64,000 nucleotides of DNA from Amoebidium appalachense (GCA_963693365.1 CAVNZM010000012.1:6584889-6648888), one strand, 5' to 3'; counted from the first letter of the stretch, positions 13,107-46,254 are shown. Translations and numbers: made by a program. The notes: a model not told the origin generated them from the sequence alone.

Positions 13107-14127
13107 AAAGGATAAAGAAAAAAAGAAAAAGAAAAAACAAAAAGAAAAAGAAAAACAGAAAAGAAAGAAAAGGCACGGAGAAGTTCTCGTTCTAAACGTT
13201 TATCAAGATTTAATCTGATAGAGAGAAACCCCGTGACGAGAGGGAAGGCCACCTTTTATAGCGGCCCACGGTGGGGTAGGAATAATGTCTTCAAGAGACA
13301 AAGAGAAAAACTTTGACCTGCTTTGCAGGCTTGGGAGAGAATACGGGTAGAATGTTTGGGTCCTGGTGTCACATGCTTACCATTGGCCATAGCCAAACAC
13401 ATATATATATCGTGAAGACAACCAACCCAAAAAAAAAGAGAAGAAAGGAGAGAAAAGAGTTGAAGTCATCAAAAAAGAGAGGAAAAGGAAGAAAAGGATG
13501 GAGGGAATCAAACAAAGAGAAGAAGAGTGAGAAATGAATCGAAGGAGTCGAAAGAAAGAGGAGAAAAGAGATTCGGAAAGAACTAAAGAGGGAAAGAGAG
13601 AAAAGACTCAAAAGGGATCAAAAAGGGAGAAAAGAGGAAAAGCAAGAAAATTAATATTGTACGTGTATAAACAAGTACTCTTAGTTGTCGGTACATTCCT
13701 GTCTTGACGGGGGCGCTAGAAATGGGACTAGTGAGTATGCGTAGTCATTTGTGCCGCAGGTTGGAGACCAGAGCACACGGCAACACGAACACCACGTTGT
13801 AATCTTGATGTGCTTGATGTGTGTGGACTCGAGGTGGTGGGTCTGTGTGTGTGTGATTACCGGGGGGAGGAAGGAGGGGGGGGGGGGGGGGGGGGGGGGA
13901 GGGAGGGGGGGGGGGGGGGGGGGGGGGAGGAGAAAGGGAGGAGGGTTGGGGGGAAGCCATATGTAATAAGAGGAGGATTTTAAAGATCTAGAAGGTGTTA
14001 AAAGCAACAAAAACCAAAACACAGGGCAGTGCAGCCAAAGCTATTGTGTCTGGAGAAAGCATTTTGGAAAAGTGTGCTTTGTAAATTCGTTTCTTTTCTT
14101 CGGAATCCTTCTTTCTTTCGTCCTTTT

Positions 14128-14194
<67 letters not shown>

Positions 14195-15313
14195 GGGGAG
14201 CAGGGGTGGGTGGGTGTGTGTGTGTGTGTGTGGGGGGGGGGGAGGGGGGGGGGGGGGGGGGGGGAGTTGTGGGATTGTGTACATATTCCTGTCGTATGTA
14301 CGATTGTACGTATGTACTGGCTTGTGCGGCTATGCAGACTCCGCAAAAACAATATTAAAAAAAACAGAATCTTTTAGAATCTTGGATTTCGAAACGGAAA
14401 ACAGCACATTCACCAAATTACTCTTAGACTACATGAACCCAAACATAATAACTTCTTGTAAGAAAGTTTTTTTGTGAGTGGGGGGAGAGAACACCTACCC
14501 ACTGGCTGTACAATCCGCTTTCCGAAAACTTCTGCACGAAATTATTGCTTACCGCAGTTGAAACCTCGAATTGTGTGTGACACTCCTACCCCAACCTTCC
14601 CGTCGATATTCGTAATCTTACCGGACATTTGGAAAAACGGCAAAAATATTCACGTCTGTCCCCGTTACGATATGGGTCAACCGAAATTTCGAATTGTCAG
14701 CCGAAACTGAAATTTCGACATTTGTGTCTGTTCCCAACGATATGGTTGGCTTTTGGATGAATGCTCTCCCACGAATACCTACGCAGAGAGGGGAGAGGGG
14801 GAGAGGGCAGGGGAAGGAGGGGGGGGAGGAAGAGGGGGGGGGGGGGGGGAGGGAAGGGGGAGCAGGGGGAAGTGTGTGGGAGGGCGGGTGGAGGGGGGGG
14901 GGGTAGGGGAAGAAGGGATGGGGGGTTGATTAAACTTGTTACGCCAACCCCCCTCCTTCCTGCAGAGGAGTATGTGTTTCTCTTGCTCTCTAAGACTTGC
15001 TATGTATCTCGCTCTCTCTCCCTCTCTCTCCCTCTCTCCCCCTTTCTCTTCTCCCTCTATTCCGCTCCCCCCCCCCCCCCCCCCTTCTCTCTCTTCTTAC
15101 GCAATTGTGGGTTATATTTGTGCATTTCAGCTTCATTAGCATGGCTGCCATCTTCTGACACTCTTCTTCTTTTCGTTTTTTCGTTTCCCCCCCACCTCTT
15201 ATTTGTTTTCTTTTCTTTGCCTTTCTCTTCTTTTCTTTTCTTTACTTTTTTCTTCGCTTCTTTACTTTACTTTTCTGTTCTTCTCTTTTATCCGTCCGTA
15301 AAATCCGTGGACT

Positions 15314-15500
15314 GCTGTGACCATCCGTCCGTAAAAATGAGCTATCGTAGCATGCTAGAAGAGCGCGCGTGTGGAAGCGTGTTTACCTGGTTACCCCCCG
15401 AGGGAGACCTTCCTTCTCTGCTGCCATGCGACATCGAAATGTGATGGAAATATGAATTTGAACACAGATGAAAGTCGGATGGGGGACGGATGGTCACAGC
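15314..15500. mobile_element. Putative short MITE with perfect 17-bp terminal inverted repeats
   Basis: GCTGTGACCATCCGTCC (15314-15330) and GGACGGATGGTCACAGC (15484-15500). No TSD seen. Confidence 0.4.
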
Positions 15501-16328
15501 TTTCTTTGACAAGAAATATGTTTTGGACAAGTAAAAGACTGAGGACGCCAGGTCCCGGAAGCCCCATTGGGTTTACACACTTTTTATTGCGTGGACACTG
15601 CCGGAGGCCCAGCCACATTCGACGGCCTACTGCGTAATTTCCAGCGCAGCCAATCAAATGCAGCCAGTGACATATGTACATGCTAGGCAACAATGAGCGC
15701 CATCGTAGTATATGACACCCCTATTACATATTATGGGTAAGCAGAGGCTAGCATCGGTAGCTCCGAAAGAAAGTTAAGGCACCGGATCACAATATCATAC
15801 TGTGCAGCATTAATAAGGTAGGCTAGGATAGTCATCTTAAAACGGATATATTGAGGAAGAGAGGAAGGTTCTAATACGTTAGCTAACAGGTTGACTTATT
15901 GATAGATATGCAGCCGCGAGTAAACCACCCCCCACACATATTACACATACGAGCAGGAGACACCAGAAACCGATTACACCGCCAATCCATAATCATCTTT
16001 GCGTTTTTACACCACACCACATTTCGAATAAACGAATATATGTATGAACGAGAATCTCTAACCGTATCCGCCATATAGGCTACTAGTAGTTGGTGTTTTT
16101 GCGGTCCTAACACCGGAAGGGACTCAACACGTAGAGTTGAAAAAGATATCTATCAGCCATAGACTTGAAACTATTCATATTCACACTATGATCTAGCCGT
16201 ACCTCCGGTGGGGTCGCCAGCCATTCCACATAACGCTCGGCAATGGGCAGAGACGATGGGGAAGGGAAGAGGTAGAGGGGCGAGTCTGGCGGGGATGTGT
16301 GTAGCCGGAAGAGCGGGTGGTCCGGGGC

Positions 16329-16368
16329 CACGGCCATCTAGAGACACTGGTGTTTCTAGATGGCCGTG
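16329..16368. mobile_element. 40-bp hairpin insertion flanked by an 8-bp direct repeat
   Basis: TCCGGGGC [CACGGCCATCTAGAGACAC TG GTGTTTCTAGATGGCCGTG] TCCGGGGC. Removing 48 bp restores the host frame ...RLSTCAPDHPLFRL... Confidence 0.75.
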
Positions 16369-16502
16369 TCCGGGGCACAAGTGGACAGGCGGGTGATGTG
16401 CTCGTGAAATTTAAGGGCTAATTCGTGTACGCGTTGTGATGGTGGTGTGAGTGCGTAGAGAGAATCAAAAAGGCGTCTAGGGATAGGTGTGGAAAGACCA
16501 GT

Positions 16503-17580
16503 GAGAAACGTACAACAAGTGTGTAGTGGAAATCATCTATTGATTTGAGGACATTAGTAACAGTATCAGGGGGTGCCATAGCTAGTAAGGGCAACCCGTA
16601 TTCAGACAAAGGGCGAATATATGTGCGAAATATACTAAGACGATTGTAGAGGTGGACAGTATGAGAAAGAGTAGCAAGATACACATCCCTAAATAACCGA
16701 AGACACCTGCCTGCACTCTCCACCCGACGGTTGATCATCCGTTTGAAACATATGCCCCATTCGTCCACCGGAATCCCCAAATGCTTGTATTCGATTGGGC
16801 GAGGGAGGGGACTGCCGAAAATACAAACGTCGTCCCATGCCGGTATCGATTTTGATATAAGGGCACACTTTTTGACATTAACCTTCATATCGTTGCGCTG
16901 GCACCAATTTTCAACCACACGAATGTATTGCCGTAGTTCGAGAGGATCGGATGACATAAGCACAATATCGTCGGCAAAAAAGAGGGCGGGGGGAGCCTGG
17001 GATGGCAACCCCCCGTCAATTGGTGCCGCAGAAAGAGCGTCGAGAAACGTACAACAAGTGTGTAGTGGAAATCATCTATTGATTTGAGGACATTAGTAAC
17101 AGTATCAGGGGGTGCCATAGCTAGTAAGGGCAACCCGTATTCAGACAAAGGGCGAATATATGTGCGAAATATACTAAGACGATTGTAGAGGTGGACAGTA
17201 TGAGAAAGAGTAGCAAGATACACATCCCTAAATAACCGAAGACACCTGCCTGCACTCTCCACCCGACGGTTGATCATCCGTTTGAAACATATGCCCCATT
17301 CGTCCACCGGAATCCCCAAATGCTTGTATTCGATTGGGCGAGGGAGGGGACTGCCGAAAATACAAACGTCGTCCCATGCCGGTATCGATTTTGATATAAG
17401 GGCACACTTTTTGACATTAACCTTCATATCGTTGCGCTGGCACCAATTTTCAACCACACGAATGTATTGCCGTAGTTCGAGAGGATCGGATGACATAAGC
17501 ACAATATCGTCGGCAAAAAAGAGGGCGGGGGGAGCCTGGGATGGCAACCCCCCGTCAATTGGTGCCGCAGAAAGAGCGTC
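16503..17580. repeat. Apparently exact 539-bp tandem duplication inside the RT region
   Basis: 16503-17041 and 17042-17580 look identical by eye, and the ORF track gives the same peptide twice. Confidence 0.92.
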
Positions 17581-18089
17581 GGCTAAATCATCAATATACA
17601 GGTTGAAAAGAAGAGGGCTTAGCACCCTCCCTCCTTTCGCCGCTACCTGCCTAGCCGTCTCCTCTGAAATCGCCTGTCTGATCTCGGTTAATCGGCGCGA
17701 TTCGCAGGTTTCATTGCCGCAAATGGGGCCCGATGTATTTGCGATTACGAGCCATCCCTGTGCATGGATCCCAAATGTGACGGAGGCTGCGGTTCTTGTC
17801 TGGAATGCAAAAGGGAGTGGGAGCCCAGTGACATTCATGTGCTCCCTGCCGCATCTGTGATGTTTTAAAATCAGGAAAACTTTAAAACTATCATAAATTT
17901 AAGATTAGTAGACTTCAAAGGCTAGTATCAGCAGCCGTAAGTTTTTCTTGATGTGCGAGAACGACCTTGCTTAAGGTAGAAATACGTCGCCACTCCACAG
18001 AATCCAAAGTGAATTAAAAAAACAAAAATACCTCCATCCCCCCCCCCCCCCCCCCCCCCCTCCCCCCTCCCCTCCCCCCCCCCCTCCCT

Positions 18090-18124
<35 letters not shown>

Positions 18125-18408
18125 TTCCCCCCTCATGCTCAGATCCCATCCTCCGACCGAGACCAAGTCCTACTAGGAGTCCCTATTTTTTACCTTGAAG
18201 TGAGTTTAGTAGAAGTGGAAGCCAGCTTGTTCACAAAAGAAACACACAACCACGTACAGTAATACAGTGAAAGTTATGAACAAGGCATCGTTTTAACCCC
18301 CCTCCCCTCCCCCCATCGCGCCCGCCAGCCGGCCGCCCCGTCGGGTCACAACGATCCCCCCATCTCACTGTCTGTCCATCAGGTCCTGTGCCTGAATCAC
18401 TCTCTTTG

Positions 18409-18447
<39 letters not shown>

Positions 18448-18684
18448 CCCCCTCCAGCTGAGCAGACTATCCCCCCTCCCTACTCCCCCCCCCCCCCCCC
18501 CCCTCCCCCCCAACACACACACACTTTTTTTTTTTTTTTTTTTTGGGCCCTCCAGCTGAGCAGACTATCCCCCCCCCCTCTCCCTCTCCCCCCCCCCCCC
18601 CCCTCCCCCCCCCCCCCCCCCCCCCCAACACACACACACACACTTTTTTTTTTTTTTTTTTTTTTTTGGGTGGGGAGAGAGGGG

Positions 18685-18719
<35 letters not shown>

Positions 18720-18917
18720 GGGGGGGGGGGGGGGGGGGGGGGGGGGAGGGGGGGGGAGGGGGGGGGGGGGAACAAAGCACTCTTAAATTATTGTGCCACT
18801 ACCGACGGCTGCTCCGGTCGCTGTCCCAACCCTAGTTACTGCATCTGTGGGCGTAAAAGGATAGACGATGTTCACAACACACTTCCCTTCCGCCTGTATA
18901 AACGCACTGCACGTTAA

Positions 18918-20361
18918 CCCCGCGTTGTTCCCGTTTTCAGGCAAAATGGGTCTGAAACACATGTACACTTTAATGTGAAGAAATGATTATTTCCGATTAC
19001 CATTACAACCCGAGCACGATATGTGTGTCATCTAGGCATCCGTAAAAAAAAAAACGCGGGTTTATAAGTAGGAACACGTGCTGCGACCACGTGATCGGAC
19101 ACACTTTTGTGACTTTTTCGCGGCCGATTTGGGGCTCAAGGCGCATGAACCCTGTAAATTAGATACACGTAAAGCAAAAAACCGCTTTCCCGGCTGATCA
19201 TCCGGTCAATCACGCTCGAGTGCATCTGACGGATTTATGAGAGACGAGCCGCTTTTAAGCCACTATTTGTGCATACCTGAAGACTGGAGAAGCATAATGC
19301 ATGATATAACACCAATGACAGGTGGCTCTCATGATGTGCTTGAAGTATATATCGCAAAAGGTTCTTCCTTTCCCTGTAATGCAGTATTGATTATGATCGT
19401 GTACTGAGCAGATAATATAATTTAAGTTATTCAAGCGTCAAAATGATAATCAACAATATACCATGCCTGTTTATATTGCCCGTTTACAAAACCATTTTCA
19501 CACGTCGTGTTTTATTGTCGACAGCCCAGCCTATCAGCGTGAACAAGTATAGATCACCTCACTCCGGATGCAATGAACCCCTTTCTGAGCTATCGTCTGC
19601 GCTTCTGTTTTGTTTCTTTATGTTTTGCGTACAGGGTGAGCATCACATTGAAAGCATATTGCATTTCCCTAAAAGGCCTTTTCTTTAGAGATATTAGCGC
19701 ATTAGCATATAATTTGCATCTTTCTTGCATGTTTGTTATTATGAAATCTAAAAACCCATACCGTATTTCGTCGCTTGTCTATAGATCAGGCTATAGATGC
19801 TTTGCACGGTGTGATCTATTGAGACCCCTGATCTATGTAGTACGAGGTGACCACGCTATCGGCTGGTAGCGAAACTGGGAGCTCCTGCTCATTTTCCCCG
19901 TTTTTTTTGTGCAAATGGGGTTTAAAGTATATTAAGTTTCAATGATAATATATGTTTCTGTGTTGTTTTTATAGCTTTCATTCAAGCAGAAGCACCCAAA
20001 ACCGCTAAAATCAAGCACATACGCTTTTTTATTGCACAGGCGTTGGAATGTGTAATTTTGGCTGACTGCCTCAGCCAACGGCTGAGCCAAATCCCGGGAT
20101 AGGGCACAAGCCGCCGGACGCGACAATTGCCGGCCACTTCTGAAAATATAGACCCCTCGAAGGAAAACGCTTACCTAACCTAGAAAACTAAGTTATATAC
20201 CGGTAACTTTGACTTCTTACCAAAGGAAAATACATAACCTAATTAGGTAAGCAAAAAGCACCTCCGTAGGTGGCCTGCAGCGCGAGATTTTGATTTTTGA
20301 ATCTCGGGTACATAATTTTTTTTTTTTTTGTGCCACATATGGCACAGGGAACAACGCGGGG
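18918..20361. mobile_element. Non-autonomous piggyBac-like element (1444 bp)
   Basis: TTAA|CCCCGCGTTGTTCCC ... GGGAACAACGCGGGG|TTAA: perfect 15-bp TIRs starting with CCC and a TTAA TSD (18914-18917, 20362-20365). No transposase ORF. Confidence 0.88.
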
Positions 20362-20432
20362 TTAAAACAGATGGTTTTCTCGAAGGGCACCGCACAACCA
20401 CACCTGCAATGGTAAGCGTGGCCCCCACGGGA

Positions 20433-20774
20433 TCATATGTCGCCATGAGACCATTTTGGGTCGTTGGCTGCATGGTTGGAATCCCCCATAATTATTGGGC
20501 GGTAGTCGCAATTGAACAAAAACTCGCCCGAGAACGCGCTCATTCGCATGCAGTACCCACTGCCGTATTTATCCGTGTTGACGTAGTTTTGTTTTGTGGC
20601 GGTTGTGTATGGCATGGCTGAGTTTCCGTTGCTAAGGCGAACGGAGAATGGGCGTCCGGTGTTGATACATTGCGCGAGGTACCCGGGGCTGAATGAGTCG
20701 ACGATGGTCACGGCGCATACAGGATGAGTGCAAAGCGTAAAAATGACGAGGATGCATGCAAAGAACGAAAGCAT
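20433..20774 (-). CDS. Putative small secreted protein, 113 aa, function unknown
   Basis: Non-repetitive ORF starting with a signal-peptide-like MLSFFACILVIFTLCTHPVCA. Mature part VTIVDSFSPGYLAQC...DPKWSHGDI. No family recognised. Confidence 0.45.
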   Translation of the reverse strand: MLSFFACILVIFTLCTHPVCAVTIVDSFSPGYLAQCINTGRPFSVRLSNGNSAMPYTTATKQNYVNTDKYGSGYCMRMSAFSGEFLFNCDYRPIIMGDSNHAANDPKWSHGDI

Positions 20775-20852
20775 GATGTCGACATAGGCAGGTCGTGAAC
20801 ACGACCATTTAAAGGAGCCCATCTTTGTTTTGTGTATGATTTTAAACACTTA

Positions 20853-21704
20853 GGGCCTGTTTGGCAGCACCCCAATAATCGTATTCGTATTTAGGCCCTA
20901 AATACGATCTACCGTATTTACAAAATTTATCGTGGTATGCGTATTTAGGACCTAAATACGGTTGGTGCCTTCCAAACGCTGTCAGGCGTGACTGGTCACA
21001 TAAAATGTCGATACATGGTTCACGAGATCTGATTGGCCCTATTCGCACCCATTGATCATCCTTCGGTATTCCATGCATACACAATAGACTGATGCAGCTG
21101 TAGTCAGTATTACAGCGAACGGCAAAAACGAGTCACCGACAGTGAGTCTTGCTCTGTTTAACAATAGGTTAGAATGTCTGTTATTGAAGGGATACTGCCA
21201 GTGATTGCGGTGGCTAGCCTTGCTAGAGACGTCGTTTTACGTCACCAACGTTCGTCCCTGGCATTCCCCACATATCTGAACACATAATGAGTGTTAAAAT
21301 TTGTCCTTATGCAGTACTCGTTGTGCCTGCATGACGTCACCGAGTTTGTACATGTATATTTGCCATGATTGTTTTTATTAATGCATATATCGGAGTCCAG
21401 TATTGTTTCAATGATTATTATGGCATATATAAAATGTGCCCGCCGCGGCTTACGCTGTACCATTGGCTAGCTGATAGCCAATAAATGATGCGAAATGCTC
21501 TGATTGGATAATTTCCTATATCGTATTTACGAAAATCACCTCCGGAGGTGATTTTCGTAAATACGATATAAAAGCGATCCTAATCGTATTTACAAAAAAT
21601 AAAAGCCCGCGGCGTGTTTGGCATGCCACGGGATCGTATACGTATTTAGGCCCTAAATACGAATACGATAAAAAACCGTATTTAGCGCGCTACCAAACAG
21701 GCCC
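20853..21704. mobile_element. PIF/Harbinger (Tourist-like) MITE, 852 bp
   Basis: TIRs GGGCCTGTTTGG / CCAAACAGGCCC with TTA TSD. The reconstructed empty site CACTTAGTG fits the PIF target consensus CWCTTAGWG. Many subterminal CGTATTTA motifs. Confidence 0.92.
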
Positions 21705-22807
21705 TTAGTGATGATTGAAAAGAAACAGTTTAGTAGGCGAAAGACAGAGGCATTCCTTGGGCATGTGGCCCCTCGGACAACGTTTAAGTTGGACAGTGCG
21801 TTTTTGGAGACTCTAGGGCCGTGAAAGTTGACACCAGATGGGCATTTGCACGCCATCACTACCGTAATAGTAGACTATCAATTTCTAGCGATTGCGGTCA
21901 CCGTCGCATCTGCTTTAAAAATAATCATTACAGAGGAAGATGTTACCATTCCATCACGCCCCAAGCAGTGGCTCATGTGTGGAGGCATTACAACTGCATC
22001 ATGATTCTCGAACAAACTTTTTACGTGACATCCAATTTGAAGCAGCCTACTACATGCAAACGGTGGCAACACAAACACCGTTTCGGGGCTGTACAGAGTA
22101 CCCGTGTCTGCGGACGATCATTGCAGGGCGGGGGCCGTCGACAGGAAAGCCTTGCCGGGCGGCCGAATTTGGAAACTTTTTAGGAGGGGGAGTGTGTTCG
22201 CAGTCAGCCTGTGTGATATTACAATAGAAGTGCTATGGTTGTTGTGGGTGAGATTTATTGTTGTGATAATGCAAAAACCTAGAATGCGAAAGGTATACAT
22301 GTGCGAGACAAATACGACTCTGATACAACCAACATGCTGCATTTAAGGGGATTTGTATACGTACGTAGCCCACGGTGGCACGGTCCCAGCACCGTCTGCG
22401 AGTTGTTTACATATTTTTATCCAGATGGAATTTGATCGGAATGTAAAGCGCGTGCCACCGGGCTCCAGGCATTAGTACGGTCTGCATTCATTTTACTTTG
22501 TTTCCCCCTCTTTCACTGGGTTTGAAAAGTGAAAAAATGGTCTACATACGTGATCCATATTATTAATCTAGGTGGTAATTACGGGGAATGTCAAATATTA
22601 TAGCGAGGGCCCTAAAAAACTAGTCAAACATGAAGTATCTTCGAAGAATTCGTTGCAACTTAACGTTATAAGCCTCCACCCGAAGCCTTGTCGAAGGTCC
22701 GCAATTGATCCGCATACAGTATACGTATGCGCGCACGGACGCAGTCGCGACCTACGTGCATCACATCCGTACATGTAGGAGGCCGTGGAGGAAGATGAGG
22801 AGCCTCA

Positions 22808-22900
<93 letters not shown>

Positions 22901-22944
22901 AAGAGAGAGAGAGAGAGACAGAGAGAGAGAGGGAGAGAGTGTCT

Positions 22945-23048
<104 letters not shown>

Positions 23049-23083
23049 ATGAGAGAGAGAGAGATAGAGCTAGAGAGAGGGAT

Positions 23084-23130
<47 letters not shown>

Positions 23131-24288
23131 GGGCCGGGTATAGCGGGACGGGGAGAGAAGAGAGAGAGAGAAGCAAGTCCGAGATAGCGAGAGCTAGGAA
23201 GGAGAGAAGAAATAGAAAGAAGGGGGGGGAGGGGGGGGGGGGAGAGAGAGAGAGAGAAAGAGCCTGAGAGAGAAGGGGAGAGAGAGAATGATTGTGTGTG
23301 TGTGTGTGTGTGTGTATGCCGTGTGTGTGTTTGTGTAATTTTAAAATAACTCTGAGAGTGAGAGAACTGAGAGAGATGAATAATTATGTACAAGAGACAG
23401 ACAGTAAGTAAGAGAGCTCATTTTGCCACAGTGCTTGCAAGCTTCCCCACCTGCCCGTGTCTGAGCCGTTATTATTTATTAGTTCAGTTAGGACATGTGA
23501 ATTGAACCCACCCTGTACGAACCGTAGTACACACCACATTCATTAGTTTTAATTAGTTTCCACCGTTTCTATTAATTGTTTCATACAGTCGTATTTTGGG
23601 TGGGTTCCAGCCCTCACGAGCCATATACTCTACCAACCATACACACTGAGCCCCTTATTATCCGATATGACCCATGTCGCTCAAAAATATCCCTTTATTT
23701 TTTTTACGGTGCACTACATCTAACACGAGACAGAGGGCAATCCTAACCCCCCCCCCCCCTCCCCCGGCGGTCCCCGACCTTCGGGGTGGGGGATTCGAGA
23801 ATACCATTTTTATGACCCATAGAAGAGAAGTATTCTATTCAGTTCTATTCTATTCTAGCATCACACAAATACTTCCAGTTTATGTAGACCTGGCATACTT
23901 GTGCATGTGGCTTTTGTATGACAATCCAATCGGTTGATCAAAGTTGCGCAGTCGTGCTTTTTTGTGTACCGTGCTTTACCTGATTCATTCCCTGTACAGC
24001 CATATTGTCTTTTGTATATGCACGGTGTATGTGTGTTGTGTGTGTGTGTGTGTGTCTTTATGTGTTATGACGTGTATGTGCACGCATGCACGTGCACTCG
24101 TGGGCGCCCAGACTGATATGCATGTGAATGTAATGTGTTCGTGTTGCTGTATGCTATTCTATGCTTCAACAAAAGCTACATATACATGTATTTTATTAGG
24201 TGCATGCTCACCAGATAACATTGGTGTTTTATTAGGTGCATGCTCACCAGATAACATTGGTGTTGCTCGCACCGAGAGCCCACCCCTC

Positions 24289-40297
<16,009 letters not shown>

Positions 40298-40992
40298 GTT
40301 TGCGTTGTTATGCTCTCGTCCTTCTCTAGATCTCGAGCTCCCTCCTTCTCTTTCTAATAACACCAGAATCGAAAGTAAACGATTCTGTGGCTGTGTTGTG
40401 ACTTGAAAGAAGGAAAAAAAACGACAAACAACAACGGTTCAAATATAGCTTTCCTTATTTGGTCTGTTTATGTCGTTGTTGATTGGCTTTGGTTATATCC
40501 AATCGGATACGCTTTCCATACAGCCCCTGCCATACCTGACTCGGATTGGATTCAGGGGACGATGCTGCGATGCATATATATGCATCATGCATGCCATGCC
40601 CTGGAAACGCCACCGGTACCACGTGCACACACACGTGTACACACACATAAACACACACACACACACATACACACACACAAAAATATACATGCACACACAC
40701 AGACACACACACACACACACACACACACGCACGCACACACACACACACACGTGCCCACACAACCACCCACACACACACACACACTGTATACGGACGCACG
40801 TGGAATATGACACAAACACGCCACAGAACGGTAGTCCTTCGAATTTTCTTTTCTTTTTTTTTTTTCCTTTAGAAGAGAGGGGAGGGGGGGGGGGGGGGGG
40901 CTCGTTACACATCCTTTGAAACGTGCTCCAAAAGTTATCGACACACACACATATACGGAACACACACACACACGCACGTGTACACACGCACA

Positions 40993-41039
<47 letters not shown>

Positions 41040-41283
41040 ACACACTCACACACACACACACACACACACATACACGGACTTATGTGGCACACACACTGAA
41101 CACACAAAACACCAAAACGGCTGCCCCTCCCCCCCCCCCCCCCCCCCCCCTTCCCCTCGACACACACACAAACACATAGAAACACACACACTATAACGCA
41201 AACAAGCGCTAACATTATGATACATATAAAACACCAAAAAGGCTGCTCTCCACCCCCCTCGCCACACACACACACAAGGAGAG

Positions 41284-41345
<62 letters not shown>

Positions 41346-41387
41346 TCGGGCGAGCGCGCTCGCGCGCACACGCACACACAGACACGT

Positions 41388-41420
<33 letters not shown>

Positions 41421-41558
41421 TGTGAGAAGGAGAGAAAGCGCGCATGAGAGAGAGAGAGAGAAGCCTTGGAGGGGGGGGGGGGGGGGGGGGGGGGAGAAGG
41501 AGAGAGAGAGAGCAACGAGAGAGAGAGAGAGAGGGTAGGGGGGGGGGGGGGGGGGGGG

Positions 41559-41600
<42 letters not shown>

Positions 41601-41613
41601 GGGGGGGGGGGGG

Positions 41614-41651
<38 letters not shown>

Positions 41652-41662
41652 GGGAGAGGGAA

Positions 41663-41695
<33 letters not shown>

Positions 41696-41829
41696 GGGGG
41701 GGGGGGGGGGAGAGAGAGAGAGTCGGGGGGGGGGGGGGGGGGGAGACCGAGAGTGAGAGAGAGAGAGAGAGTCGGGGAGAGAGCTTCGACAGGGAGAGGG
41801 AGAGGGAGAGGGAGAAGGAGAGGGAGAGG

Positions 41830-41896
<67 letters not shown>

Positions 41897-41900
41897 GAGT

Positions 41901-41937
<37 letters not shown>

Positions 41938-42060
41938 AGAAACGAGAAGGAAAAAAAAACGGAGGCGACCCTTGTGTGTAACCCAAGTATCGGTGTTCGT
42001 AATTTTTTGTGTAACATCTAAGTTGTGCATATATCAACACATGCATGCCTGGTTCCGAAT

Positions 42061-42160
<100 letters not shown>

Positions 42161-42379
42161 ACCCTCCACCTCGTCGCTCCCCACCAACCACTCCCCCCCC
42201 CCCCCCCCCAAAAAAAAAAAGGAAAAAAAAGAAGAGAAAAGAAAGGTAAGAAGAAAGGAAAGACCAAAGAGATTGAGGGGGAGGGGGGGGGGGGGGGGTC
42301 ACATTCCATACCAGCGTGTACGTGTGACACCTGTGCCCAAATGCCAAAACTCGTTCACTAACACCCCAATTACGTATGA

Positions 42380-45480
<3,101 letters not shown>

Positions 45481-46049
45481 AACTACTTGTAGTGATGTAA
45501 TTGCTTCCGTCATATAAGCGGGGAGCTGGAATATTTTCGATAGCTACTGTATTACTTGCCCACACATGCAAATATATAATAACAGGCCCTATACCTGTTT
45601 GTTTCAGGTTGAGTTAATTGAATTCAAACCAAATTACATAGTCAATCCACCGTCTATTTATCATAACACTTTTGAACTGCACCCCAGACCTTTCAGGTCT
45701 AGCTGACTATTTTTAACGCCTCACGCGGTAAGCACCTCTTTAGGTAACCAACCTGGGGAAACTGCTGAAATTTACTTATTCAACCAATAAATAAATACGT
45801 ATAACAGCTATATGTTATTTTCAAGCAATGTTATTGAAGTTCTTGGAATTCTTATTAGAAGGGCTTGAACGGCTCTCCTGGGCGCGGCTTCGGCGGCCCA
45901 CTCTATAGCCCGGCCATTAACACAATGCATGCCATCGTACAGATTTATAATATATCCACATCGGAATGCGCGAATCGCCTCAGAGTCAGGGAGCTGCAGG
46001 TGCGACGTGCACGCGTGGTACGTGTGCGTGGGTGGGTGGGCCACGTGTA

Positions 46050-46168
<119 letters not shown>

Positions 46169-46205
46169 CACGTGTGTGTGCCACGCGTGTGTGTGTAGGT
46201 GTGTT

Positions 46206-46254
<49 letters not shown>

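Larger units (their letters stand above)
15883..17838 (-). pseudogene. Decayed non-LTR retrotransposon ORF2 (C-terminal half of reverse transcriptase plus Cys-rich tail)
   Basis: VLSPLLFNLYIDDL, LFFADDIVL, MKVNVKKC, YKHLGI and YIRPLSEYG are LINE RT motifs. Downstream frames give PDHPL and CNMCGGWFTRGC. The ORF is broken by a frameshift, stops, a 539-bp tandem duplication and a 48-bp insertion. Confidence 0.88.

Noticed and set aside
24193-24263. Short tandem duplication downstream of the CAX stop
   Set aside because: An ordinary local duplication with no further structure.
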